From an uncultured Candidatus Rokubacteria bacterium (lineage in GTDB: Bacteria > Methylomirabilota > Methylomirabilia > Rokubacteriales > CSP1-6), in assembly GCA_963758635.1 (NCBI GenBank), contig CAVWWD010000006.1, forward strand, positions 320,001 through 384,000: a stretch of DNA of 64,000 bases. The letters run 5' to 3'. This document shows, in pieces, positions 32,999-42,776 of the stretch. Numbering within the stretch: the first letter of the stretch is position 1; every line of letters starts with the position of its first letter. The notes beneath the pieces were generated by a model. That model ran no database searches. It saw nothing but the letters and a program-made list of their open reading frames with translations, and was not told the DNA's origin. Both the position numbers and the translations under genes were made by a program.

Positions 32999-33449
32999 CT
33001 CGTCCTCCCGTCTTGGAGTGGGCGCGCCGGGTCGGCCCCGACGGCATGGGTCCGCATTGTCCCCGGTGCCGCGGACCCACGTCAACCGACGACGGAGTGC
33101 CCCGTGGACCCCTGACGACTCACGACCACCCGTCGATGTGCGGATCGATACCCAGGGTCCGCGACAACATGATCGTGCCGGCGGCGCCTACAAATGTGCA
33201 TGCCTGGGAGTTTTGGGTATGCCCGGCGGGGTAGGACGAAGCGACCCCATGTCCGTGATGGTTCATCTCGACCGTGTGCGGTCGGGCCGGCTCGTCGGTT
33301 TTCTTTCCAGGTTCGGCTGGCGAAGCGTGTCGACCGTGTCCGGCCTGACCAAAAACGTCACGGTGTCGGGGTGGTATACAAGCTGCTTTCCAAGTCAGGG
33401 TCGGCAGCCTCACGGGCGGCAGTATCCGACGGGGTCGCCACGGCGACAA

Positions 33450-33902
33450 ATGATGCCCTTACGCGGCGTTCGCATCCTGGTGGTCGACGACAGCGGTGAA
33501 ACGCGCGAGCTGACACGGACGCTGCTCGAGCAGCGTGGCGCACAGGTTCGGGTCGCCGAAGACGGGGCGGCGGCCCTGCTGGCCATGGACCAGGCGTGTC
33601 CGGACCTGATCCTGTGCGACCTCATGATGCCCCTGATGGACGGCTGGGAGTTCGCGCTCCGGGTCCGTTCGAGGGCCGACGGCGACCACGCCCGGCTCGT
33701 CGCCTTCAGCGGGCTCACCGACACGACGTCCCTGCTCCGCGCCTGGGCCGTCGGCTTCGACGCGTTCCTGGAAAAGCCGCTCGACCTGGCGAAGCTCGAG
33801 GCGGTCGCCGAGCGCTTCCTGGTCGGGCCCCGGCGCGACCGCCGTCCACGGAAGGCCGATCCGCGCGTCCTCCCGCCGCCCCGTCGCCACTCCACGCGCT
33901 AG
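33450..33902 (+). CDS. Single-domain response regulator (REC)
   Basis: ILVVDD, DLMMPLMDG, KP. Confidence 0.8.
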   Translation: MMPLRGVRILVVDDSGETRELTRTLLEQRGAQVRVAEDGAAALLAMDQACPDLILCDLMMPLMDGWEFALRVRSRADGDHARLVAFSGLTDTTSLLRAWAVGFDAFLEKPLDLAKLEAVAERFLVGPRRDRRPRKADPRVLPPPRRHSTR

Positions 33903-33971
33903 GCAAGCCGTGGAGCGTGGTGGCACACTACCCACCGCGGTCGCACGACCAGCCCCATCCGGAGAGTCCCC

Positions 33972-35681
33972 ATGCCGCTACAGCCACAAGTGACAGGCGC
34001 GCGCCACATGATCGTGTCCGGCCACTGGCTCGCCACCCAGGCCGGGCACGCGATCCTCGAGGCCGGCGGCAACGCGGTGGACGCCGCGGTGGCCGCGGGC
34101 ATCGCGCTGGGCGTGCTGCACTCGGACCAGGTGAACGTCGCCGGCGTCGCGCCGATGATCGTCTACCTCGCCGACCGCGACGAGGCGGTCACCATCGCCG
34201 GGCTCGGCGCGTGGCCGCGCGCCGCGCGCCTCGAGACCTTCACCGGCGAGCACGGCGGCACGATCCCGCTGGGCCTGCTGCGCACCGTGGTGCCCGCCGC
34301 GCCCGACGCGTGGATCCTCGCGCTCGAGCGCTACGGCACGATCGGCTTCGGCGACGCCGCCGCCGCGGCCATCCGCTACGCGCGCGAGGGGTTCACGATG
34401 CATCCGGTGATGGCCGAGTACATCCGGCGCAACGAGGACACGTACCGCCGGTGGCCGCAGAACGCCGCCATCTATCTCCCGCGCGGGCGCCCCCCGCAGG
34501 AGGGCGAGCTGTTCGTGCAGGCCGACCTCGCCGCGTCGCTCCAGCACATGGCCGACGAGGAGCGCGCGGCCGCGCGCCACGGCCGCGCCGCCGGGCTCGC
34601 CGCGGCGCGCGCCGCCTTCTACCGGGGCGACCTCGCGCAGAAGATGATCCGCTACCACCGGGACAACGGCGGCCTCCTCACCGCCGAGGACCTCGCCGGC
34701 CACCGCGCCGAGATCGAGGCGCCGCTGCGCTACACGTTCCGCGGCATCGAGGTCCTCTCGTGCGGGCCGTGGTGCCAGGGCCCGGTGCTGCTCCAGATGC
34801 TCGCGCTCCTCGAGGCCGACGACCTCGCCGCCCTCGGCCACAACACGCCGGCTTACGTCCACCGTGTCGCCGAGGCGATGAAGCTCTGCTTCGCCGACCG
34901 CGACCGGTACTACGGCGACCCGCGGTTCGTTCCGGTGCCGATCGAGACGCTGCTGTCGCCCGCCTACGCGGCGATGCGGCGCGGCCTCATCAGGGACGAC
35001 CGGGCGTTCCCCGGCATGCCGCCGCCCGGCGACGTGGCGGGCGGCGCCCCCGCGCCCGACCTGCCCCGCCCGAGCGCGGCGCCCGCGACGCTGCCCGGCG
35101 ACACGTCCTACGTCTGCGCGGTGGACCGTCACGGCAACGTGTGCTCGGCCACGCCGAGCGACGTGTCGTGGGATAGCCCGGTCATCCCGGGCACGGGCTT
35201 CGTGCCGTCCGCGCGCGGATCGCAGTCGTGGGCCGTCGCGGGCCACGCCGCGGCGCTCGGGCCGGGCAAGCGCCCGCGCCTCACGCCCAACCCCGCGCTC
35301 GCTCTCGTCCGCGGCCGGTTCGTGATGCCGTTCGGCGCGCCCGGCGGCGACCTCCAGGCCCAGGGCATGCTCCAGGTGTTCCTCAATCACGTCGTGTTCG
35401 GGATGCCGATCCAGGACGCGGTCGAGGCGCCGCGCTTCGTCACCCACAGCTTCCCGGGCAGCTTCGAGCCGCACCCGTACTATCCGCGCCGGCTCGACGT
35501 CGAGCGCGGTGTGGGCGCGGCCGCCGGCGAGGCGCTCGCCGCCCTCGGCCACGAGGTGCGGTGGCTGCCCGAGCTGTCGCTCGGGACGGCGGGCGTCTGC
35601 GCCATCGTGGCGGATCGCGCGCGCGGCATCCTGTGGGGCGGCGCGGATCCGCGGCGCGCCGCGCGGGCCATGGGCTGGTAA
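33972..35681 (+). CDS. Gamma-glutamyltransferase family (Ntn-hydrolase)
   Basis: GGNAVDAA, DTSYVCAVDRHGN (catalytic Thr), PGKRPR, GADPR. Confidence 0.9.
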   Translation: MPLQPQVTGARHMIVSGHWLATQAGHAILEAGGNAVDAAVAAGIALGVLHSDQVNVAGVAPMIVYLADRDEAVTIAGLGAWPRAARLETFTGEHGGTIPLGLLRTVVPAAPDAWILALERYGTIGFGDAAAAAIRYAREGFTMHPVMAEYIRRNEDTYRRWPQNAAIYLPRGRPPQEGELFVQADLAASLQHMADEERAAARHGRAAGLAAARAAFYRGDLAQKMIRYHRDNGGLLTAEDLAGHRAEIEAPLRYTFRGIEVLSCGPWCQGPVLLQMLALLEADDLAALGHNTPAYVHRVAEAMKLCFADRDRYYGDPRFVPVPIETLLSPAYAAMRRGLIRDDRAFPGMPPPGDVAGGAPAPDLPRPSAAPATLPGDTSYVCAVDRHGNVCSATPSDVSWDSPVIPGTGFVPSARGSQSWAVAGHAAALGPGKRPRLTPNPALALVRGRFVMPFGAPGGDLQAQGMLQVFLNHVVFGMPIQDAVEAPRFVTHSFPGSFEPHPYYPRRLDVERGVGAAAGEALAALGHEVRWLPELSLGTAGVCAIVADRARGILWGGADPRRAARAMGW

Positions 35682-35690
35682 ACTCGGCCC

Positions 35691-36326
35691 GTGCCCGACC
35701 ACACCACGCTCGTCCTCCTGATCCGCCACGGCCTCACGCCCACCACCGGCGTGAAGCTCCCCGGCCGCTCGCGCGGCCTCCACCTCTCCGACGACGGCAA
35801 GCGCCAGGCCGACGGCCTCGTGAAGCGCCTGGCCGCGGTGACGAAGCTCGGCGCCATCTACGCCTCGCCGCTGGAGCGCGCGCGCGAGACGGCGGCGCCG
35901 CTCGCGCGCGAGCGCGGCCGCGCCGTCCGCGTGGAGCCGGGCCTGGTCGAGCTCGACGTGGGCGACTGGACGGGGCTCTCGCTCAAGCAGGCGAGCCACA
36001 AGCCGGAGTGGGCGGCCGTCCAGCGGCACCCGAGCGGCTTCCGCTTCCCCGGCGGGGAGTCGTTCGTGGAGATGCAGAGCCGCATCACGGGCGCCCTCGG
36101 CCGCCTCGTCGCGCGCCATCGCGGCGAGGTCCTGGTCGCCGTGTCCCACGCCGACCCCATCAAGGCCGCGGTGGCCCACGCCCTCGGCACGCCGCTCGAC
36201 CTGTTCCAGCGGATCTTCATCGCGCCCGCGTCGGTGAGCGCGATCAGCTACCGGCGGGACGGCGTGGGCGTGCTCACCGTGAACTCCGTCGACGGCGACC
36301 TCGCCGGGCTGCTGGGGGGCCGATGA
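35691..36326 (+). CDS. MSMEG_4193-like histidine phosphatase/phosphomutase
   Basis: IRHG, SPLERARETA, VQRHPS..FPGGES, VSHADPIKA. Confidence 0.8.
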   Translation: MPDHTTLVLLIRHGLTPTTGVKLPGRSRGLHLSDDGKRQADGLVKRLAAVTKLGAIYASPLERARETAAPLARERGRAVRVEPGLVELDVGDWTGLSLKQASHKPEWAAVQRHPSGFRFPGGESFVEMQSRITGALGRLVARHRGEVLVAVSHADPIKAAVAHALGTPLDLFQRIFIAPASVSAISYRRDGVGVLTVNSVDGDLAGLLGGR

Positions 36327-36829
36327 GCCCGAGCCGCTCCTTCGAGCTGGACGCCCCCGAGCACTTCACCGCCGGCGCGGTCGGGCCGGCCGGCGAGCGC
36401 GTCTTCTATCTCCAGGCGCGCGAGTCCTCCACGATCGTCACCCTGCGCACGGAGAAGGAGCAGGTGCGGGCCCTCGCCGAGTACCTCGGACGCCTGCTCG
36501 CGCGCACGACGACCGCGCGCGACGATCGCCCCTCCGATCTCGACCTGATCGAGCCGCTCGACGCGGCGTGGGCGGTGGCGTCGATCGGGCTCGGCTACGA
36601 CGAGGCGAGCGACCGCATCGTGGTGGAGGTCAGCGAGTTCGTGGAGGAGGAAGGCGACGAGCCGGCCACCGCCCGCTTCCGCATCACCACCGGCCAGGCC
36701 GCGGCCTTCGTGGACCGCGCCACGCAGCTCATGAAGGCGGGCCGCCCGATCTGTCCCATCTGCAGCCAGCCCATGAACCCGGACGGCCACGTGTGCCCCC
36801 GGTCGAACGGGCACGTCGTCCGGTCCTGA
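36323..36829 (+). CDS. DUF3090 family protein
   Basis: FTAGAVGPAGERVFYLQA, EKEQV, AGRPICPIC..DGHVCPRSNGH. Confidence 0.85.
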   Translation: MSPSRSFELDAPEHFTAGAVGPAGERVFYLQARESSTIVTLRTEKEQVRALAEYLGRLLARTTTARDDRPSDLDLIEPLDAAWAVASIGLGYDEASDRIVVEVSEFVEEEGDEPATARFRITTGQAAAFVDRATQLMKAGRPICPICSQPMNPDGHVCPRSNGHVVRS

Positions 36830-36840
36830 TCCCGGCCCGA

Positions 36841-36999
36841 TGACCCTCGCAGAATACGGTCACCGACACGGGCTCTACAGTCCCACCGCGCGGCATTAGT
36901 CTGATGCGCGAGGCTCACTAATGGTCCTCGCAGAATACGGTCACCGCCACGGGCCTCTACAATCCCACCGCTCGGATTTAGTCTGATGCGCGGGGCTCG
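36841..36999 (+). repeat. Repeat family A, tandem copies 2 (36841-36917) and 3 (36922-36999), separated by CTAA
   Basis: Direct alignment to 558-635 and 44988-45065. Confidence 0.9.
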
Positions 37000-37003
37000 A
37001 TAG

Positions 37004-37726
37004 ATGGAGCCCGGCGAAGCGGCGCCCGCGGGTCCGTCGGTCCACGATCTCCTGACGCGTGGGGAGATCACCGTCAAGGGCCGGATGCCGTGGGCGAGCA
37101 ACGCCACGTTCCTCGTGGAGGTCGCCCTCGACGGCGCCACCGGCCTGGCCGTGTACAAGCCGGGGCGGGGTGAGCGCCCGCTCTGGGACTTTCCGCCCGA
37201 GCTCTTCCGGCGCGAGATCGCCGCGTACCGGTTCTCCGAGGCGCTCGGCTGGGGCGTCGTCCCCCTCACGGTGCCGCGCGAGGGCCCGTACGGGGCGGGC
37301 TCGCTCCAGCGGTTCGTGGACGCGGACTTCGAGCAGCACTACTTCACGATGCTCGAACGCGCGGAGCTGCGGGACCGGCTCCAGCGCATCTGCCTCTTCG
37401 ACCTCGCCTCCAACAACGCGGACCGCAAGAGCGGCCATTGCCTGCTCGGGCCAGACGGCGACGTGTACGCCATCGACAACGGCCTCACCTTCCACGTGGA
37501 GCCCAAGCTCCGCACGGTGATCTGGGACTTCGCCGGCGAGGCCATTCCCGCCGCGCCCATCGAGGATCTCGCGCGGCTCTGCGCGGCCGGCCTGCCCGCC
37601 GACCTCGGCGAGCTGCTCGAGCCCGGCGAGCAGAAGGCGCTGATGCGCCGCATCGGCGGCCTCGTGCGCGAGCGGCGCTTTCCGAAGGACCGGAGCGGCG
37701 CCCGCTATCCCTGGCCGCTGGTGTAG
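37004..37726 (+). CDS. SCO1664 family protein (PI3/4-kinase-like fold)
   Basis: SNATF, YKP..GERPLWDFP, REIAAY, NNADRKSGH, IDNGLTFH, KLRTVIW, PWP. Confidence 0.85.
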   Translation: MEPGEAAPAGPSVHDLLTRGEITVKGRMPWASNATFLVEVALDGATGLAVYKPGRGERPLWDFPPELFRREIAAYRFSEALGWGVVPLTVPREGPYGAGSLQRFVDADFEQHYFTMLERAELRDRLQRICLFDLASNNADRKSGHCLLGPDGDVYAIDNGLTFHVEPKLRTVIWDFAGEAIPAAPIEDLARLCAAGLPADLGELLEPGEQKALMRRIGGLVRERRFPKDRSGARYPWPLV

Positions 37727-37741
37727 GACGCGCGGTCGAGC

Positions 37742-38294
37742 GTGAGCGGCGACGAGCGCGAGTACCCGGGCGCGGACATGGAGGGATTCGTCCGCGAGGC
37801 GATGGAGTTCGTCGGGCTCGACGAGGCCGATCTCGCCCGCATCCGCGAGACCGCGCCGATCGTCCTGGCCCAGGAGACCGCCCTCACGAGCGCCATCTAC
37901 GACCACTTCCTGCGCTTCCCCGCCACCGCGCGCTTCTTCCTCGGCCCCGACGGCGCGCCGGACACCGCACGGCTCGAGCGCCGCAAGCACAGCCTCGGGC
38001 GATGGCTGCGCGAGACGGCGGAGGCCGCCCTGACCCACGACTTCTCGTACTACCTGCTCGCGGTGGCCCTCGCCCACAGCCATCGGGCGCACGGGCCGGG
38101 CGGCCGCGTGCCCGCGCGCTTCATGGTGAGCACGATGAGCCTGACGCAGACGGCGCTGGCGCGCGTGCTCGAGGCGGGGCTCGGCCGATCCGCGCGCGGC
38201 GTTCGAGGCCGCGCTCGCGTGGAACAAGCTGCTGCTCGTCCACCTGAACGTCCTGCTCGTCGGCTACCTGCTCCCGCCCGCGCCGCCGCGATGA
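37742..38294 (+). CDS. Protoglobin-domain protein (indel near 38180)
   Basis: EFVGLDEAD..IYDHFL.FPAT..RW..H..VP.RF; AWNKLL in the shifted frame. Confidence 0.65.
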
Positions 38295-38360
38295 TGCCCT
38301 GGCGCCGAAGTCGCGGTGTCCCCTTGATGGCCGGGAGGGCGAGCGGTACCATCGCGCCAC

Positions 38361-39448
38361 ATGCCCATCGAGATCGTCGGGATGATCGGAGTGAAGCCCG
38401 AGGGGGCGGACGGCGCGGCCGTGCACGTGATCGGCGGCGAGATCGACCTCGCGTGGGTGCGCGACTTCTCGATCGCCCACGAGCGCGCCGACTTCGACAA
38501 GGTGCTGGTCGGCTACACGTCGACCTCCGCCGAGGGCTTCGTGGTGGCCGGCTACGCCGCGTCGCGGACGGAGCGCCTCGGCTACCTCATCGCCCACCGG
38601 CCCGGCTTCGTGGCTCCGACGCTCGCCGCCCGCAGCGCGGCGTCGCTCGATCACGTCACGGGCGGGCGCGTATCGCTCCACATCATCACCGGCGGCAGCG
38701 ACGCGGAGCAGGCGCGCGACGGCGACTGGCTCGATCACGACACGCGCTACCGCCGCACCGACGAGTACCTCGCGGTGCTGCGCCGCATGTGGACGGAGGA
38801 CCGTCCGTTCGACCACGCGGGCGAGTTCTATCGCGTCGCCCGCGCGTTCTCCGAGGTGAAGCCGGCGCAGCGGCCGCACATCCCGCTCTACTTCGGCGGC
38901 GCGTCGGCGGCGGCCCACGCGATCGGCGCGCGGCACGCCGACGTGTACATGCTCTGGGGCGAGCCGCTCGCCGCCATCCGCCAGCGCATCGCGGAGGTGC
39001 GCGCCGTCGCGCGGCCGCTGGGCCGCGAGCCGCGGTTTTCCGTGTCGCTCCGGCCGATCATCGCGGACACGGAGGGCGCGGCGTGGGATCGGGCGCGCGC
39101 CATCCTCGCCGGGGTGCGGGCCCGCCAGGGCGAGCGCGCGGCGCCCGCTCCCGAGGCGGTGGGCGCGCAGCGTCTCGTGGAGTTCGCGCGGCAGGCCGAG
39201 GTGCACGACAAGCGGCTCTGGACCGCCATCGCCGGCGCCGCCGGCGGTCAGGGCAACACCACCGCGCTGGTCGGCACGCCCGAGCAGGTCGCGGAGTCGC
39301 TCCTCGACTACCACGACCTCGGCGTGACCACGCTCCTGATCCGCGGGTTCGACCCGCTGGCCGACGCCGTGGACTACGGGCGCGAGCTGATCCCGCGCGT
39401 GCGCGCCGAGGTCGGCCGCGCCGCGACCGCAACCGTCCCGCGGCCTGA
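38361..39448 (+). CDS. LLM-class flavin monooxygenase (SsuD-like); stop inferred across an indel
   Basis: AHRPGF, HDTRY.RTDEY, YFGGAS, GNTTALVGTPEQVA, LIRGFDP. Confidence 0.85.
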
Positions 39449-39456
39449 GCATCCGC

Positions 39457-40029
39457 ATGGCCGATCTCGTCGCCGTGGTGGGCAGCGTCACGCCGCCGGG
39501 CCGGCTGCGCCAGGCGATGGGCCACCTCGTCGAGGTGGCGGCGGCGCGGCCCGGGGCCACCGCGCGGCTTCTCGACCTGGCCGACCACCGTCTCTCGTTC
39601 GCCGACGGCCGTCCGCTCGAGGCGCTTCACGACGACAGCGCGCTCGTGGTGGAAGCGCTCGCGCGCGCCGACGCGGTAGTCCTGGCGAGCCCGGTGTACC
39701 GAGGCTCCTTCACCGGCGCGCTCAAGAACCTGCTGGACCTGGCGCCGGTGGACGCGCTCCGCGGCAAGCCCGTGGGGATCGTGGCGATGGGCGCCACGCT
39801 CCACCACTACCTCGGCGTGGACGGGCAGCTGCGCCAGGTGCTCGCCTGGTTCGGCGCGCTCGTCGCGCCCACGAGCGTCTACCTCGAGTCCGCCCACTTC
39901 GCGGAGGGCCGGCTCGCCGATCCGTCCGCGCACGCCGCCATCGAGGCCCTCGTCGCCACGCTCTTCGAGCTGACGGGCCACGCGGGGGCGAAGCTGGGGC
40001 CGCCGCCCCTCGCGTCGGGCCGCGGCTGA
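39457..40029 (+). CDS. NAD(P)H-dependent FMN reductase (SsuE-like)
   Basis: GS, SPVYRGSFTGALKNLLD. Confidence 0.88.
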   Translation: MADLVAVVGSVTPPGRLRQAMGHLVEVAAARPGATARLLDLADHRLSFADGRPLEALHDDSALVVEALARADAVVLASPVYRGSFTGALKNLLDLAPVDALRGKPVGIVAMGATLHHYLGVDGQLRQVLAWFGALVAPTSVYLESAHFAEGRLADPSAHAAIEALVATLFELTGHAGAKLGPPPLASGRG

Positions 40030-40050
40030 GCCCGGCCGCTCGCTCCGCAG

Positions 40051-40145
40051 TTGTGAAGGAATGCTGATTTCGACTTCGCCGGGCGGGTCAACACCGCGAT
40101 GCTGCGTACACACGCAGGGCCGTCTCGGCACTCATTCACAATCCC
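40051..40145 (+). repeat. Repeat family B, copy 2
   Basis: TTGTGAAGGAATG...TTCACAA inverted ends; shared core. Confidence 0.85.
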
Positions 40146-40158
40146 GCAGCATCGTCCC

Positions 40159-41364
40159 GTGACCTTCCCGCCCGGCCTCCGGGCGCTGAACCACGCCGAG
40201 TTCCGGCGCTTCTACGCGAGCCAGCTCGTCGCGCAGATCGGGGGCTGGGTGCAGACGGTGGCGCAGTCCTGGCTGGTGCTGTCGCTCACCGGCTCCCCGC
40301 TGCGCCTCGGCCTGATCGGCACGCTCCAGTTCGCGCCGGTGCTGTTCCTGTCCATCCCCGCCGGCGCCATCGTGGACCGGCTGCCGAAGCGGCGCGTGCT
40401 CCTCGTCACCCAGGCCACCTACGCCACCCAGGCCGTCGGCCTCTGCGTGCTGGTGGCGACCGGCGTGGTCGAGTACTGGCACGTGTGCGCCCTCGGCCTC
40501 GTGGTCGGCATCACCAGCGCGTTCGACCAGCCCGCGCGCCAGGCCTTCGTCCTCGACCTGGTCGGCCGCGACGACCTCGGCAACGCCGTGGCCCTCAACT
40601 CCGCCGCCTTCAACGCCGCGCGCATCGTGGGTCCGGCGGCGGCCGGCCTCCTGATCGGCCGCTTCGGCCTCGCGCCCGCGTTCGCGGTGAACGCGGTGGG
40701 CTTCGCCGCCGTCATCGGCGCGCTGCTCGTCCTGCGCGACACGAGCCGCCCCGTGCCGCGCGGGAGCGCGAGCATCGTGGAGGAGATCGCCGAGGGGCTC
40801 GTCTACGCGGCCCGGACGCCGCTCGTGGTGCTGGTGCTGTCCCTCGTCACGGTGGTGAGCCTCTTCGTCTTCAACTTCACCGTGTACGTGCCACTCCTCG
40901 CGCGGACCGTGCTCGGGCTGGGCGCGGAGGGCTTCGGCTTCCTCATGGCGTGGCTCGGCGTGGGCGCGGTGACGGGCGCCTTCACGGTGGGCGCGGCGCG
41001 CCCGCTCCCGCCCGCCGCCCTCTTCACCGCCGCGGCAGTGGCGCTGGGCGCCCTCGTCGGCCTGTCGGCGGCGCGGCACTTCTGGGTGGCCGCGCCGCTC
41101 CTCGCCGTCACCGGGTTCGCCGGCATCATCCTGATGGCGGGGTGCAACACGCGGCTGCAGCTCGAGGCGCCGCCGGCCTTGAGGGCGCGGCTGATGGGCA
41201 TCTACGTCCTGTTCACGGGCGGCGTGTTCCCCATCGGCGCCTTCCTGGTCGGCGCCGTGTCGGAGCGCTGGGGCGTCTCCACCGCCTTCCTCGCGAACGG
41301 CGCCGCCGGCCTCGTGGCCCTCGGCGCCATCCGCCTCTGGTGGCGGCGCCACCGTCGCCCGTGA
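40159..41364 (+). CDS. MFS transporter
   Basis: About 12 hydrophobic segments; GAIVDRLPKRR; NAVALNSAAFNAARIVGP. Confidence 0.9.
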   Translation: MTFPPGLRALNHAEFRRFYASQLVAQIGGWVQTVAQSWLVLSLTGSPLRLGLIGTLQFAPVLFLSIPAGAIVDRLPKRRVLLVTQATYATQAVGLCVLVATGVVEYWHVCALGLVVGITSAFDQPARQAFVLDLVGRDDLGNAVALNSAAFNAARIVGPAAAGLLIGRFGLAPAFAVNAVGFAAVIGALLVLRDTSRPVPRGSASIVEEIAEGLVYAARTPLVVLVLSLVTVVSLFVFNFTVYVPLLARTVLGLGAEGFGFLMAWLGVGAVTGAFTVGAARPLPPAALFTAAAVALGALVGLSAARHFWVAAPLLAVTGFAGIILMAGCNTRLQLEAPPALRARLMGIYVLFTGGVFPIGAFLVGAVSERWGVSTAFLANGAAGLVALGAIRLWWRRHRRP

Positions 41365-41430
41365 ACGTCGTGCCTCGCCGCTGGCCCGCCACGGCTCTCG
41401 GCCGGCGGGCGCTGAACCTCCTTTCGCCGG

Positions 41431-41459
41431 TTGACAGCGGGGGCGCGGGTCCCTAGCAT
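41431..41459 (+). promoter_or_regulatory. Sigma70-like promoter of dctP
   Basis: TTGACA-N17-TAGCAT. Confidence 0.6.
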
Positions 41460-41579
41460 CCCGCTCAGGCCGGCCGGGAGTGGCCGCGCGCGCCGCCGCG
41501 GCTCCTGTGCGCTGGAGGGCGCCGGCTCTCGATCGCGTCGACGTTGGCTATGCCCATCACCATTTGAGGAGGAGCGTTC

Positions 41580-42690
41580 ATGCACATCACCGCGTTCACG
41601 AGAGCCGTTCTGGTCGCGGCGGCCGCCACCGTGGCGTTCGCCGGCCCGGCGCTCGCCCAGCAGCAGCCGCGGGTGCTCAAGATGCAGTCGGCGGTTCCGC
41701 CGTCGTCGACGACGCAGGACGCCTTCAGGTTCTTCGCCGACCGGGTCGACAAGCTGACCGGCGGCCAGCTCAAGATCGACGCCTTGCCGGGTGGGGCGAT
41801 CGTGCCGCCCTTCGAGATCCTCGACGCGACCCACAAGAAGGTGATCGACGGGGCCTATGGCATCTCCTACTGGTGGTTCGGCAAGAACAAGGCGGCGACG
41901 CTGTTCGCCAACACGCCGGCCGGCATCGCCGGCATGGATGCCATCGACTTCATCGGCTGGCTCTACGACGGCGGCGGCATCGAGCTCTGGAACGAGTTCT
42001 ATCAGAAGGAGCTCAAGATGAACCTGGTCGCGATGCCGAGCATCCCGCCGAGCCCGCAGGCGCTCGGCTGGTTCAAGCGTCCGATCAAGGACCTCGCCGA
42101 CTTCCAGGGCATGAAGTGCCGCCAGACCGGCATCGTGGCCGAGCTCTACTCGAAGATGGGCATGGCCGTGGTCAACCTGCCGGGCGGCGAGATCCTGCCC
42201 GCCGCCGAGCGCGGCACCATCGACTGCGCCGAATGGGTCGGCGGCGTCGAGGACCTTCGCCTCGGCCTGCACACGGTGTGGAAGTACCACTACACGCCGG
42301 GCATGCACGAGAGCGCCTCGGTGGCCGAGCTCGCCATCAACAAGGACGTTCTGGGACAGCCTGACGGCCCAGCAGCGGGAGGCGATCCGGTCGGCCTCGG
42401 CGGAGACGTTCCTGCGCTGGTGGGCGACGTGGCAGAAGATGAACGCGGAGGCCATCGCCGAGTTCGTGGAGAAGCACAACGTCAAGCTCCTCACCACGCC
42501 GCCGGAGATCAACCGAGCGTTCCTCAAGACGTGGGACGAGTTCGCCGCGGCGGAATCGGCCAAGAACCCGTTCTTCAAGAAGGTCTACGATTCGCAGCGG
42601 GCCTACGCCAAGAAGGTGGTGCCGGCCAAGCGCTTCATGTTCCCGCCCTACGCCCTCCAGGCGGACCACTACTACCCCCTCCCCAAGTAG
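41580..42690 (+). CDS. dctP: TRAP transporter substrate-binding protein (indel near 42350)
   Basis: Signal peptide; GWFKRPI..GMKCR, ERGTIDCAEW, YTPGMHE. Confidence 0.88.
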
Positions 42691-42726
42691 CCGCGCGGAT
42701 CCGGGCGGGCAGGGTCGGGACGGCGG

Positions 42727-42756
42727 GAAGGGCGGCTTCGGCCGCCCTTCTCTTTT
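42727..42756 (+). terminator. Rho-independent terminator
   Basis: GAAGGGCGGC-TTCG-GCCGCCCTTC followed by TCTTTT. Confidence 0.8.
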
Positions 42757-42776
42757 CGTCGGGGAGGATGCGCCGC

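Noticed and set aside
33000..33449. Long, lower-GC intergenic region as an ncRNA or riboswitch
   Set aside because: No recognisable motif or convincing structure; probably a divergent promoter region
36841..36999. Tandem repeat as a CRISPR array
   Set aside because: 78-bp units separated by only 4 bp, no spacers and no cas genes
38361..40067. Apparent long fusions in the ORF track (LLM extension; also TauD-CoA transferase and hydantoinase A-B)
   Set aside because: Produced by indels or stop-free alternative frames; each downstream gene has its own start codon
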